Shown here: piece after piece, positions 12,827 through 27,445 of the stretch | Layout: every line of letters begins with the position of its first letter | How positions within the stretch are numbered: position 1 is the first letter of the stretch | NCBI RefSeq assembly: GCF_006345805.1 | Contig: NC_043013.1 | Location: 52,762,001 to 52,826,000 of the forward strand | DNA from: Octopus sinensis | Taxonomy: Eukaryota | Reading direction: 5' to 3' | Length of the DNA: 64,000 bases | Position numbers and translations under genes: made by a program | The notes under the pieces: generated by a model | Database searches by the model: none | Told to the model about the DNA's origin: nothing | What the model saw: only the letters and a program-made list of their open reading frames with translations

Positions 12827-13929
12827 ACATTATATTCTGTTATTCTTTTATATGTTTCAGCCTTGAGGTTGTGGCCATGCTGGATCATGTGTGTGTGTGT
12901 GTGTGTGTGTTGTCTATCTGTCTGTCTGTCTGTATGTATATATGTATATGTATGTGTGTGAACAATAATATTTTCAACAGATGTGTTGCAAATGTATCTG
13001 ATTGTTCTCAAGCTTCAATACTGTGTGTGTGTGTATGTATGTGTGTGTGTATGTATGTATGTATATGTATGTATGTATGTATATGTATGTATGTAGTATG
13101 TATGTGTGTATGTATGTATGTGTGTGTGTATGTATGTGTGTGTGTGTATGTGTGTGTGTGTATGTATGTATGTATGTATGTATGTATGTATGTATGTATG
13201 TATGTATGTATGTATGAGTGTATGTTTACTTTATTACTAATTACTCTCTTCCAAGAACATTTTCACTCACTCTTAGCTCTTAGCTTCCCATACATTTTAC
13301 TCATGTATCTATCAGCGTCATAGACAGAATACTTTCACTTTAGTCTCCTCAAATCACTCTGTCGCTATTTACTTTCATTTTATTCGTTGCCCACTGTGTG
13401 TGTGCGTTTGCGTGTGGTGTAAACCAGACTAAGAAAAGCATTTGACACACACACCAGAATGTGAGTTTTCTGTAAATTTTGCTTAATTGGAGTTTAAATT
13501 TTAAAAACTGGACCTGGCATGACGCGATGCATTGTACTCTTAAAACTGCTAGGTAAATTGTAATTGAAGAAATCCTATATTGTAGATTTCTATAACTCCC
13601 AAAGGGAGGCAGATAAAATCTGCCTTTTATAATAAGAGATAGACAACAACTGTTACAATACTCACGTAAAAGCAATCATTTCAGTGGGCAGACTGCTGAA
13701 AGGTATCAGGAACATTCAGCATCGAAAAATGTCGATGTTTATATATATGTACCTTCCTCTACAGTTCAGAATCGTGGTTAACCTACCTTCTATCTCTTGA
13801 GCCTTTTTATTCATAAGTACGGGAACAGAATCTGGTTTGTGAGTGCAAAGCCAAGTCCAAGTTTTGTCATTTTTAATATCAGTTTTTTTCAATCTTAATA
13901 TCTAAAGAAATACAAGTATTATGGTAGGT

Positions 13930-14145
13930 TCAAATTTTGGCACACGGCCATCAATTTGTTTTGTGGTAGAGGTCATAGTCGGTTACATCGACCCCAATAT
14001 TCAACTGGTAATTATTTTATCGACTCCGAAAGGACGAAGAGCAAAGTCAACATCGGCGGAATTTGAACTCAGAACGTAAAGACGGACGAGATACAACTAA
14101 GCATTCTGCTCGGCGTGTTGATGATTCTGCCAGGTCGTCGCCTTA
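13930..14145 (-). mobile_element. SINE family A copy
   Basis: ATCGACTCCGAAAGGACGAAGAGCAAAGTCAACATCGGCGGAATTTGAACTCAGAACG matches the family body. Confidence 0.8.
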
Positions 14146-14181
14146 TGAGAGAATAATAACGACGACGACGACGACACCACC

Positions 14182-14213
<32 letters not shown>

Positions 14214-14240
14214 CAACAACAATAATAATAATAATAATAA

Positions 14241-14550
14241 AAAGGAAAAAAGCCAAAAGTTGATAGATATGACAGGTTAGGTTGGGCGGTTAAGCAATTG
14301 TGGTCGATGAAAAATGTGGTAGTAGTACCAATTACTGTCGGAGCCCTGGGAGCAGTGAGTAAAAATCTTAAGAAGTACATGGAACAAATAGGGGCTGCAA
14401 TAAGGGTGGAGCACTTACAGCACTGCTTGGAACCGATCGAATACTCCGGAAGGTGCTCGAAAAATAAGAGGTGTTACCTTAGTTCACTGGTAGAGAACAG
14501 CTGACACTGTAGTACACCTCCAGGGTTAGAAGCTGTGCAAAGTAAATGAT
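14241..14550 (+). mobile_element. R4/Dong-type RLE non-LTR retrotransposon, 5'-truncated 3' end
   Basis: KVDRYDRLGWAVKQLWSMKNVVVVPITVGALGAVSKNLKKYMEQIG...LLGTDRILRKVLEK*, the typical RLE C-terminus; short 3' UTR and (ATA)n on both sides. Confidence 0.85.
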
Positions 14551-14576
14551 AATAATAATTATTATCATTATTGCTA

Positions 14577-14725
14577 TTAATTTGTCTTTATCACAGGTTG
14601 TGTTGGAGCTCCTGGAGTCTTGCATGTGTAGCGGGCTTACTACCTGCATCCTACGGTCCCATGCTATTCGTTCTTTTCAGCTATGTAATACTTTCCTGAT
14701 TATCCTGGCCGTGCCAAAGAGGCTA
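14577..14725 (-). mobile_element. R4/Dong-type 3' end, second family
   Basis: Minus strand LFGTARIIRKVLHS* plus 3' UTR, bounded by (AAT)n. Confidence 0.75.
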
Positions 14726-14755
14726 TTATTATTATTCTTATTCTTATTATTATTA

Positions 14756-14842
<87 letters not shown>

Positions 14843-14904
14843 TATTATTATTATTATTATTATTATTCAGTAGTTTTATTTTTATTGGGCAAAAAATAAG
14901 TATT

Positions 14905-14935
<31 letters not shown>

Positions 14936-15077
14936 TTATTATTATTATTATTATTATTATTGTTATTGTTGTTGTTCTTTTTGTTCTTGTTGTTGTTGAT
15001 GCTGTTGTTGTCGTCGTCGTCGTCATCATCATCATCCATCATCATCATCATCGTCATTACCATTATTATTATTGTTA

Positions 15078-15379
15078 TCATTCAGTAGTTTTAATTTTAT
15101 AATGTGCTTTCACTTCACTACCGAGCGCAGCTCTGTGTGCCTTGGGTATGTGCTGTGATTTGTTGTGATACTCTGATGGTTACTGTATGGAAAGAGTTCT
15201 GTGTAGGAGGTGTGCAGTGCCTAGTAGTGCAATTTTCTGTATGTTATATGTGTTTGTAAGTCCTGGTGTTTTTGTTATGTATTTGTCTGAATATATTTTT
15301 ATCATACCCAATGCGCCTACTATGATAGGAATTGTTTCTGTTTTAGATTCCACATTCGAGTTACCTGTATTTCCAGGTC

Positions 15380-15385
<6 letters not shown>
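15078..15385 (-). mobile_element. R4/Dong-type 3' end, third family
   Basis: Minus strand DLEIQVTRMWNLKTETIPIIVGALGMIKK...IQKIALLGTAHLLHRTLSIQ* plus 3' UTR, in (AAT)n. Confidence 0.85.
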
Positions 15386-15433
<48 letters not shown>

Positions 15434-15461
15434 ATCATCATTATTATTATTATTATTATTA

Positions 15462-15522
<61 letters not shown>

Positions 15523-16825
15523 GTTATTATCATTATCATTATTATTATTATTTTATGTGTACATTAACCAAGTGAAATAAAATCTAATAATGGAAATTAA
15601 TGCTTTCAATGAGACCAGAAATGTTTCTACGCTCATTCGTAGTTTTTCAGTGGGATGTTCAAAGTGTTATTCATTGTCTCACAAAAGTTTCTGGTGTTGC
15701 ACCCGCAGCTTTGCAACCCCTGTTATCGAGCTTATATTTCTGCCTGCACTGCATATGCTATGCAGATCATAACTCTTTGCTCTCTTTCCATTTGATACGT
15801 GAGCAAAAACACGGCTGTGTCAGCACTGTCATTGCGAACGTCTGGTCGAAGAACATCTTTCAGGAATTTGAATGGTCGGTGTATTGTTTAAGTGTCCAGC
15901 TTGTTTATGGCAGTAACTTGCATTGACAGCTAAAAACTGGGAATGCTTTCGGTTTCTGCATCTGAAATGATGAAGTAATATTGGTTTTATTGGAATGGCA
16001 AGTGGCTTTATGTTGTACAATGAAATCTTTGAGTGTGATGTATATAAAATGACAGCTTTTGTGAAAAACTGTCCTCGATGATCGGAAAGAGATATTAGAA
16101 TAATTGTTATTGGGTGGAGAATCTCTGAGTGTCGTAGAGACATAAAAGAAGGCAGAAAGTAGACTTGTAATTCGGACAAAAAATATTGAAGTTTATGTCG
16201 GTGATAGCTTGGTAAAAGAGAAGTGCGCTGGGTGGTGTAGTGTTCAGGTAAGCACATTCAAGATCTTTCACACCCAATTCGGAACCGAGAGTGTAGCTTT
16301 AACAGCAAAGATGGATTGGAAATAAATTGTGAAATATTTGTGTCACAGAGAAGAATCTGATGTGAGCTTTGCTGTTTATGATAGGATCAAAGGTGTCTCA
16401 AAGCCATCGATTGTTGGTGTAGAATGGAATTAATTGTCCCATATATTGATTCTAGTTCTCTTTATTATATTTCTTCACTGTATTGGTTTAGAATTGTATT
16501 CAGAGATGAAAGAGGAGGAAGAGAGAGACCACGTTCACGTATGTTCTCGTTCATCTGACGACATTTAACGAGACAGGTTAATATGTCGTGCTATATGCAA
16601 CACAAATATCAAACGTTCCGCTATTTGAAGAATACATTTAATGTCTATGCTATATTAATGTGCTTAGAATAGAATCTCAGATGGAGTATGCATGTATTTT
16701 GTAACAATATTCCATACATCTCTCTCCCTCTCTCCCTCTCACCCTTTCTTCCTGTCTCCCTCCCTCAATCTCTCAATCTCTCAATATGTGTATATATCAT
16801 TAATACCCGAATGAAATTATTAATG

Positions 16826-16904
<79 letters not shown>

Positions 16905-17043
16905 CATCATCATCATTATTGTTATTATTATTATTATAATAATAATAATAATAATAATAATCATAATATTACAATTAATGTCGTTCTTTTTGTTATTGTT
17001 GCTATCATCATTATCATAACTATTAGCCTTATAGACGAGTATA

Positions 17044-17120
<77 letters not shown>

Positions 17121-18118
17121 TATATATAATATATATATATATATAAAAATATATGTATATAAATATATATATATATATATAAGGAGATAAATTCAATGCC
17201 ATTATTTTGTAGCAAGATTTCATGTACTAACAGGCGCGCACGCACACACACACACACACACACACATACACACACGCACGCACTCGCATATCGCTGAATA
17301 TATATATATATATATGCCTGCCTGTGTACACTTAGTGCTAGAAAGCAAGCAAACGATAGCTCGCTTGTTTCTTCGTCATAAGTGCCTTTATGTCGGAATG
17401 AATGCTACATATCTGTTAGTTCTTCAAATATCCTGTCTCACATAATCAGATTTTAGAGCTTTTAAAGTGTCTACAAATACATGTTGTACCTTGCTACATA
17501 GCTGTCTTTATTTGTTCGATGGTTTACAAATGTTTTTGGTTTTATAGAGTGGCTTTGAAATTTCAAAATTGCGTTTCATTGGTAAAATAACATAAAATAT
17601 GTAAAAAACAATAAATGATAAGTATATGGATAAAATACGTGCGACATGTTCACCCACCCACAAATACATCCCGGAACTAAACGCGAGAATACACAGACAT
17701 ATACGCTGACACATATACACAGACACACATAAACACCCACCTTCACGCGCACACGCATATACACATATACATATATATACATATATATATATACATACAA
17801 ATGCATATACCTATCTATATGTATATCTACAGATATACAGTCCCACACACACATACACACAAACACACACACACACGCGCACAGAGACAGACACATATAG
17901 ACAAACATTCAGACATACATACACACTCACATACACACAAATGTGTTTGTGTGTGTTATACAACTAACACTTTTCGCCCGTCCACACGACTATGTTGCTC
18001 TTGTAAAAATGTCCCTATTAACATTCCTTATACTTTATTCCATTGTGTACTTGCGCTCCATATGAAACGATGTACTCAACATCTATGTATCTATGTATCT
18101 ATGTATCTATGTATCTAT

Positions 18119-18189
<71 letters not shown>

Positions 18190-18507
18190 CCTATCTATCT
18201 ATCTGTCTGTCTGTCTATATATCTATCTATTTATCTATCGACCAATCTATCTATCTATATCTCTCTGTCTAATCATCTACCTATTTATCTATCTGTCTGC
18301 CTGTCTGTCTGTCTATCCATCCAGCAATATGCACCAAAATTGAAAGATTAGGAGGAGGTGCACAGCATGTTAAAGAAATGTGAGAATTTATTGTATTTCT
18401 AAATCATGAAACTATTAGTAATATTTTTGTAAATAGTGTACATTAAATGATATTTATCTCACATTAGATGGAGTACTTTTTTGTTGATTCTAACTATAAC
18501 GGAACTG

Positions 18508-18544
<37 letters not shown>

Positions 18545-18669
18545 ATATATACGTGTGTGTGTAGATAGATACACACATACATATATAGATATAGTTATAA
18601 TGTTTGTAGCTATAAAAGGTAGTTGTGTTTATATTTTATACATATATATGTATATATATATATGCATGC

Positions 18670-18705
<36 letters not shown>

Positions 18706-19224
18706 CATATATTTTACATATCTCTGATTTTGTGTATGTATTTATGAGTATATAAATATATATTTATATATACATATATATATATATGCATATATATGCA
18801 TATATATATAATATATATATATATAATATATATATATGTATATATATAAAAAATATATATGCAAACGTATGTGTACTATATATGTAGAGATACACAAATC
18901 TTTGTTGATATCAATAGATTCATGTTGAGGACCCTGACTGGAGCTTACTTTTTTGTGCATGTGTGTGAATGTGTGTATATGTGCCTACATGTGCCTATAT
19001 CTGTCTATGCGAGTGTTTTGCTTATAAGTTGACTGAGTACGAAATCGAGGCTGGTACCCATAAAAATAAAATGGTGGTAAATGAAAGCCAGTTAGTTCAC
19101 AGTCAATTTATAATGATTCAAGTACAAATTTTCTAGATTTTTATTTATATCCTTCGTCCTTCTGTTTTTAATATTATTTCTGGCCTCTTCCATTAACATC
19201 ATTTTCCTTCTCCCTATTATCCTG

Positions 19225-19285
19225 GCTATCATTATTATTATCATCATCATCATTATTTTTATTATTTTTATTATTATTATTATTA

Positions 19286-19326
<41 letters not shown>

Positions 19327-19375
19327 TTATTATTATTATTATCTTGATGTTATTATATATTATTTATTAGTATGA

Positions 19376-19422
<47 letters not shown>

Positions 19423-19620
19423 TTTTATTATTATTATTTTTATTGATTTTATTATGATATTATATTATTATTATTATTATTTTATTATTTATGTGTATTA
19501 TTATATTATTATTAATATATTATTATTATTTTATTTTTATTATTATTATTTTTATTATTATTATTATTAATATTATTATTATTATTATCTTGATTATTAT
19601 TATTACTGTTATTATTTTTA

Positions 19621-19651
<31 letters not shown>

Positions 19652-19726
19652 TTTATTGATATTATTATAATTATTATTATTATTATTATTATTAGATATT
19701 ATTATTATTATTATTATTTTTATTGA

Positions 19727-19760
<34 letters not shown>

Positions 19761-19860
19761 TTTATTGATATTATTATTATTATATTATTATTTTGATTAT
19801 TTTATTAGATTATTATTATTATTAATTATTATTATTATTATATTATTAGTTCATTTAATG
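19225..19860. repeat. Long degenerate (ATT)n microsatellite
   Basis: About 630 bp of interrupted ATT repeats. Confidence 0.9.
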
Positions 19861-20478
19861 GTGTTTTTATATTTTAAGTGGCTTCTACCTCTATATTTTA
19901 TATACCTTCTTTGATTCCTTCAGGATTTTCTTTGCTATTTCATTCTGGTTTACACCATGTTTTCGCTTTTTATTATGCATCTTTGTAACATTTTTAGATG
20001 TAGTTGTACATACACACACACACAACACACACACACACACACACACAACACACACACACACATACACGCACGCATGAACGCACACATTCACGCATACAAA
20101 GAAATATAGAAAAAAACAACTTGGTTGTTGTTGTTGTGAGGTCGTCGTTATTACTGTTTTTGTGGTTTACAAAACACATCATGGCCGCTGCTTTTGATAC
20201 ATAATTATATTTACACTTTCCATTACTGGGCTACACTATATCCGTCCGCAGTCTATTCAAATGGCTTTTTTCTCACTCACTCACACACGCACACACACAC
20301 ACACACACACGTACACTTACTCATACGCGCATATTCCCTTATATATGTATATACATGTGTGTGTATTTGTATTTATATATATGTATGTATTATATATATA
20401 TATATATATATATTGGTAAAACGTTAAGATAATAAAAGAAAGAAAGAGACCTCAATATTGTAAATAGAGGAAATTTCA

Positions 20479-20531
<53 letters not shown>

Positions 20532-20563
20532 TATATATGTATATATATATATGCATATAATAT

Positions 20564-20595
<32 letters not shown>

Positions 20596-20843
20596 GTTAT
20601 GTGTGTATATACATGCACAGAAACACACACACGCACACATATATATACCCATATACATATATGTAGATTTGTATGTGCACATATATTCGTGTATGTTTAT
20701 AAATACATTGAATCTCCTTTATGTAGTTACAAAGGTCCTTTTATATATAAATATAAATATATATATTATAAATCATTTCTATACATGGATGTATATATAT
20801 ATATATCTTATTTATGTATATATATATATATATTATATGTATG

Positions 20844-20876
<33 letters not shown>

Positions 20877-21781
20877 TACACACTGAGATACACACATGTG
20901 CACACACACACACACATTTATATATGAAATAGAGACGAACGTGAGGGAGGGTGATAGAGGTGGGTGCAGGCAGGTAGACAAAAGAAAGAAGATGGTGAAA
21001 GTCAGAGAGTCAGAGTCAGGGTCTTTCAGAGTAACAAAGAGACTGACAGAGAGAGAGAGAGAGAAATAAAGATAGTGAGAGAAGGAGAGAGAGAAGGAGA
21101 GAGAGAAGGAGAGAGAGAAGGAGAGAGAGAAGGAGAGAGAGAAGGAGAGAGAGAGAGTAATTGAGAAACTTGTCAATAGATGTGTATATATGTTTGTCAA
21201 AAGACGTAATTCTCTACGGTAAACAAGCCTACATCTAACTATATATGATACAAATTTTAATGAAATGAGATAGCCACACACACATACAAACACAAACACA
21301 CACACACATAATATATATATATATATATATATATATGCACCTATATTACATATATGAATGTAAGTATGTGTGTCTTTATAAATATATGCTTCACTATTGA
21401 TATACGTATGCATGTATATATATATATATATATATATACACACCAGTGTGTCTGTCTGTATGTATACATATTTTGTACGAACGGCAAAAGAGCAGACACT
21501 TGTAATTTCTATTTGAATATATTGATTAGTACGATCAATGGAACTACTCTGACATAAAACCTCTCTAGTGATGGAGGCGACAAAAGTATAGCCAAATTAG
21601 ACTAACATTTACAACACATTGTTTAATCCAGAATAACAACGACATCAAAGTTGAATTAACAATATGGCGTTTGCTTTTCCACTTTAAAGTTATATTACAC
21701 AACACATACATATACAAGCTCTCTCTTTCTCTCTGTCTATCTCTCTCTCCCTATAAACACAAACAGACTATACCATTACCG

Positions 21782-21847
<66 letters not shown>

Positions 21848-22074
21848 ATATTTTAAAATCTGCTAGGTGGCAGAATCGTTAGAGCGTTGCACTAAATACC
21901 GACTAATATTTATTCAAGGACTTTTTCCATGTGAGAACAATTCTTACGGAGGTTAACTTTCTATTCCACGTCTCTCTGGCGGTATCGACATAATAATCTG
22001 CGGAGCATGAAACAGTTTTAAGTGTATCGACTTACCTTCCCCACTCCACACTGCAGGCCTATAACCCAAGCAAG

Positions 22075-22425
22075 AATCTATTATTGTTACTATTATTAAT
22101 GTTATTTTTGAATGAGGAAGCAGCGCATGCCATCAAAGTGACACTGGTGGTATAATATACGAACCCTAATAGATCCATCATGAGTACGCGACTGATCAGG
22201 GTACGCCAGACACATGCATCACAACCGTATGTAGCGCTGCTTGGTGATCTCATATCAAGATAAACAGCACATGACCTTGCAGGTGGGAGCCCAGATAGAA
22301 TTTTCTTCAGGTCGAATAGCCCATACCGCTGAAAATAAGGGTTATTTGAGGATGATGAACAAAAGGTCCATGTTTCCAGAGGCGAATTATTCAAACCCCA
22401 AATAATTCCTCTCAACACATAGCTA
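22075..22425 (-). mobile_element. Unclassified interspersed repeat with AAT-type tail
   Basis: Reverse complement CATAGCTATGTGTTG...GAATAATTCGCCTCTGGAAACATGG...CATCCTCAAATAACCCTTATT is homologous to 34985-35070 on the plus strand. Class not determinable. Confidence 0.5.
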
Positions 22426-23260
22426 TGGTAGTTGAATGCTGATACTTCTATGTGCACCAATTACTATTGGTATCACGTCTACTCTCTTCATTGACCATAA
22501 TCTTCGTATTTCCCATTTTAAATCGTCATAGTTGTTTATTTTTTCTTCTTTCGCATTAATCCTGTTGTCATCGGGGCATGTTCTGTTGATTATCATACAT
22601 GTCATTTCTTTTTTATTCACCCCCAACAATGTCCGGTTTCCGGTGTCTGGTCGGTCGATCGCACTGGATCATTGCATCCGACGGGGTTTTGCAATTCATA
22701 TTATCGGTGACTCCTTCTGGAGTTTTCTCATACCACGTCTTTGCACTTTGTAGGCCGTGATTTCCACAGAGCTCCCAATGGATCATTTGCGCTATTTTGT
22801 CATTACGTCTTTTGTATTCGCGTTGTGCCAATTTCGGGTATTCGCAACGATGTACAATACAGTTTTACCCCTCTCACCACACATTCTACATATGTTGCTA
22901 TCGGTAGTGCTGTCTTTTATGCGCATATGAGTGCTTCTATCTTCAGGTCACTCCATCTCATCCATAGCCACCGGTCCTCTGTATCTGTCTTGGCGTTCAC
23001 ATCACTTCAAACTGACTGTACACTTTTTCTTTCCATGCTTTTTCTTTTTCTTTTTCCCTTTTTTTTTAATTAATTTCTTGCTTAAATATTTCTTTCGTTA
23101 CGTAATTTTTAGTTTTGATGTTGTCAGCCTTCTTCGAGAATTTCATCAGTGGCTCAACGGCAATTATTATATACCACTATATGCTGTTTTTCTATGCTTC
23201 GATACTGTCCTGACAACTGATCAAACCTCTCTTACCCTTTCTTCTCGACAAATACAATGT
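22425..23260 (-). mobile_element. R4/Dong-type RLE retrotransposon 3' part (post-RT region, CCHC knuckle, RLE), decayed
   Basis: Across frameshifts: LYLSRRKGKRGLISC..., CRMCGERG, AQREYKRRNDKIAQMIHWELC, RHRKPDIV, KINNYDDLKWEIRRLWSMKRVDVIPIVIGA. Confidence 0.9.
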
Positions 23261-23262
23261 TG

Positions 23263-23665
23263 GTTGGCAACCCCTCTAGAGAAGGAGGCTCAATAAAAAC
23301 ACCTATGGTAATGCCAACGCAACCCCAAATTTCTCAGGAGTGAAAATGTCAAATACAAAAATATAAAACAATGGATTGATCGAGACTGGCACTAAAAACA
23401 GTGTACACGATGGTAGGTGTGGACTCTTGGAGCCTTGGCTAGCAACCCACCTAGTGATGGTGTCAGGATAAAAGTACTAGTGCTACAAGTGTTACGTCTA
23501 AATGAGGGGGGGGGGGAAATTAATAACAATTGTGCTAACGAGTTTGGAACTGTTAACAGTGAAGGTATGAGGCACGGCAGGCAGGGAGTATCTGATCGAG
23601 CTCCGGCAGGTTGTCACCAAGCTGTTGATCAGGACCAAAATCGCAGTTAAAAGGGCCAAAAAACC
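23263..23665 (+). mobile_element. Probable 5' end of an R4/Dong-type element, inverted relative to the adjacent 3' part
   Basis: CTCAATAAAAACACC...GAGTGAAAATGTCAAATACAAA (MSNTKI*NNGLIETGTK) aligns with CTCAATAAAAATACC...GAGTGAAAACGTCTAATACAAA (TSNTNVSNNGVNEAGTK) at about 36297-36410. Confidence 0.55.
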
Positions 23666-23706
23666 CAGTCTTCTTCTTCTTCTCCTTCTTCTTCTTCTTA
23701 TTATTA

Positions 23707-23821
<115 letters not shown>

Positions 23822-25450
23822 ATTATTATTATCAGTTTACCTGTCACGGCATGTTTGTTGGTAGCCCTTGAACGCTAAAAAAAAGAGACAAGTTAACATT
23901 AGCGAAGTGGATGGTTACATTTTTTCTTTTCATTTAGATTTTACAAAATAAAAAAGAATCCTCATCAAGTCTGGAGTTTGTTTTCATGAAAATACCACAA
24001 AGGTGGGTTATTCTTGTTTCTTATTCAGACATTTGCATACAATGGCGTCTACAAAGAAAAAAAAGTATCATAGAAAAAGCAACAACAACAACAAATATAA
24101 TAATAATGAAAAAGCAAGCGAGAGACTTGTGAAAAAACGAAAAAAAATATTTTTCTATCACAAGACAAGCATGCTGGAAAATATTGACGTAATGAAATGG
24201 GGACATTATTTGTGATAATGGTTTTATAACCAAATAATTTAGCGATGATGGTATTATGTTCACACAGTATTAAACCTACATAGTTTAGTAATAATGGTAA
24301 TATACCTGAATTGTTTAGTGATAGTGGTATTATACTGATCGAATATTCAACAATGTCAGGTGTTTCTTGTCTTTGTTTTCATGTATTCCTTGTAAAACAT
24401 AAATAATGAAAATGAGTATTTTTCCAGAAAAAATGTCGGCAAGGAAAAATTGTTTAAATTAAAATACGCAATTTTTAATGGTGCCGAACATTTTCACGTT
24501 CCTTGTACCAATGTAAAAACGAGCTACAATTAACGATGTCTGATGCATGGAGAAACATTTGACCGATATAAATCTTTGGGATACTTATGTGATGGTTTCA
24601 AGATGAAAATCAAACATCCATTTGTGTCCCAGTATAATTAAAGTGATGACAGGACGACGAAATACAAGGTCAGGGTTAAATGTATTAGTAACGACAATAG
24701 ACATCGTCGTATCAGACCATAGAGGGGTAATCAACGATGGGATCACGAAGAATGATGTGTGTGGTCCTGAATAAATACAGAAGTTATCATAACGAACGGT
24801 CATGTTGCCAGTCGGGTCTGTAGGAAGATGAACTACGATGGGGCAAGGCATATAACAATGTTGTTACACAAGTGGCAGCAATAACATCTTGAAAGCTTTC
24901 TACATTCAGAAGTAGTAAAAATATAAGAAAAAAGAACTCCGGCAGAAATACTGAGAAATACTAAAAAGTACTGCAAATCTAAATGTGACATAGATCAAAA
25001 CTCCAAAATTATTGGAAGACAACATCATTTGCAGGCCCTATATGGTCATATTCTGGCTTCATTTCAAACGACGAGACTCCTCAGGCTTTAAAGAAATATA
25101 TCAACTCAAAATGTGTCATTTAATGATTCTACCTCGTGATATTGTGTAAAACGCTGATTTCCTCTGAGAATGTTGGTAAGGTGCAGGTGTCTGAGAAATA
25201 TTCGGCGGATTGGTTCGCTAATCCAGATAGCCATTCGAAGGAGCAATCAACTCAATACTTATCATCGAAACCGTCGTAGACCCGCTACTACATACCATAA
25301 ATATAAACTAAAAATATCTAATATAATTCAAAAATTTATATAAAGCGCCATAATGGCGAATTGGCATTCTGTGTGTGTGTGAGTGTGTGTGTGTGTGCGC
25401 GTGCGTGTGTATGCGGGTACTCCTATATATATATATGCATTAAAACATAG

Positions 25451-25481
<31 letters not shown>

Positions 25482-26056
25482 GACATGCATACACTCACAG
25501 AGATAGACAGACATATATATAGATAGGCAGATAAATAGATAAATAGATAGGTAGGTAGGTAGGTAGGTAGTAGGTAGTTAGGTAGGTAGAAAGGTATGTA
25601 GGTAGGTATGTAGGTAGGTAGGTAGATTGATAGATTAAATAGATAGATATATATTAATACATTTTCATACTTATATTCATAAGTATGAAAATAATAGATG
25701 TGTATACGTACATTTAGACAGGTATAAGCATATATATGTATGTGTGTATATATAAACTCATACATATATGTGTGTGCATTTGTGTGTTACGTACATCCAT
25801 ACATGTTCGTGTATACATTTGCACACACACATAAATATGTGCTTTTATACAAACATATATATGTATATATATATATCTAAATACAAGGATATATAAACCC
25901 ATATATATATTCATACATATCTATGTACGTATGTGCGTATGTATGTGTGTATTCATTAATACATATGAAGTTATATACATATATATATACATATATATCT
26001 ACTTTCATAAGTATGAATATATATATATATATATATATATATCTACTTCATAAGTA

Positions 26057-26121
<65 letters not shown>

Positions 26122-26764
26122 TCCTTTCATAAGTATGAATATATATATGTATGTACATGGTTAAAATAGTTTCTATAATTTACAATAAACAAACTCCTAA
26201 ATGGTTCTCCGCTTTATTAGAACAGGAAATCCTCCGCGATATTTTAAACGATTAACCTATTGTAGTTTCTTTTTTTAAACCGGACGCTGTCGGGAAATAT
26301 AAGACAGTGTCTGTTTCCTGCGGATCTCAAATGTGTTTCGAGATAACTAACTCGGCGTTCATTGCTGGAAGGTTCCAGATTTATATGATTGCCTCCGTAG
26401 GTTATATTATAAACGTGTTAAGCTCGGTTGGTCTAATATATATTTGAAAATGCTGTAAAGAATGTAACTCTTTTATACTTTAGTGTTAAGAGAAAGCGTC
26501 GCTTTTATTCAGTTATTAATTTTCAAACTATAATAATACATGCTGTAATTAATTAATTAATTAATTAATTAATTAATAATGGAATTCAGTATTTCATATA
26601 CGAAAAAATCTATCATATACAATCATATGTGCACTCATTGAAGATAATAGTTACCTGAACATACATACATACATAATACTTACATAGAAACATACATACA
26701 TACATACATACATACATACATACATACATACATACATACAAGCACACGCACACACATATACATA

Positions 26765-26920
26765 TGCGACGGGACTTCGTTCAGTTTCCGTGTACCAAAT
26801 TCAATCTCGGGGCTTGGCCACCCGATGTCTCTAGTAGAATACACTTGCCCAAAACGCCACGCCGTGGGACTGAACGGAAAAGCATGTGGTTGGAAAGCAA
26901 ACTTCTTACCACACAACCAG
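26765..26920 (-). mobile_element. SINE family B head
   Basis: Reverse complement of the 10900-11055 head. Confidence 0.75.
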
Positions 26921-26933
26921 GCAAGTGTATATG

Positions 26934-26972
<39 letters not shown>

Positions 26973-27111
26973 TTGCGTGTGTATGTGTGTGTATGTATGC
27001 ATATCGACGTGCAAACATATGTACGGCGAGAGAAGGAGACATAAACATATTTACCAGTCGAACAAAATATACTTGCAATCTCTCTCTCTCTCTCTCTCTC
27101 TCCCTCTCTCT

Positions 27112-27173
<62 letters not shown>

Positions 27174-27239
27174 GATAAGTTTACAAGCGTTTCATTACAG
27201 GTCAACATATACACACACAAACATTTGCATACATGTGTA

Positions 27240-27370
27240 TTCAAATTCCGCTGAGGTCGACTTTGCCTTTCATCCTTTCGGGGTCGATAAATTAATTACC
27301 AGTTGCGTACTGGGGTCGATCTAATCAACTGGCCCCCTCCCCCAAAATGTCGAGCCCTATGCCTAGAGTA
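27240..27370 (+). mobile_element. SINE family A partial copy
   Basis: TTCAAATTCCGCTGAGGTCGACTTTGCCTTTCATCCTTTCGGGGTCGATAAATTAA. Confidence 0.85.
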
Positions 27371-27402
27371 AAATAAGATTATGTTTGTAATTATATGAAA
27401 AA

Positions 27403-27445
<43 letters not shown>

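Noticed and set aside
13672-13740. Possible HHR: UGCUGAA/UUCAGCA stem then GAAAAAUGUC
   Set aside because: No recognisable CUGANGA at the right spacing, and helix III is mismatched.
16240-16253. Perfect splice donor CAG|GTAAGC
   Set aside because: All three upstream plus-strand frames are closed and no acceptor could be paired with it.
24480-25100. 88-aa minus ORF 24585-24851 and surrounding complex sequence
   Set aside because: No recognisable domain in any frame; probably an old TE remnant but unsupported.
25165-25285. Possible HHR: CUGAGA...CUUAUCAUC-GAAAC-CGUC
   Set aside because: Needs two deletions in the core, and helix I does not pair.
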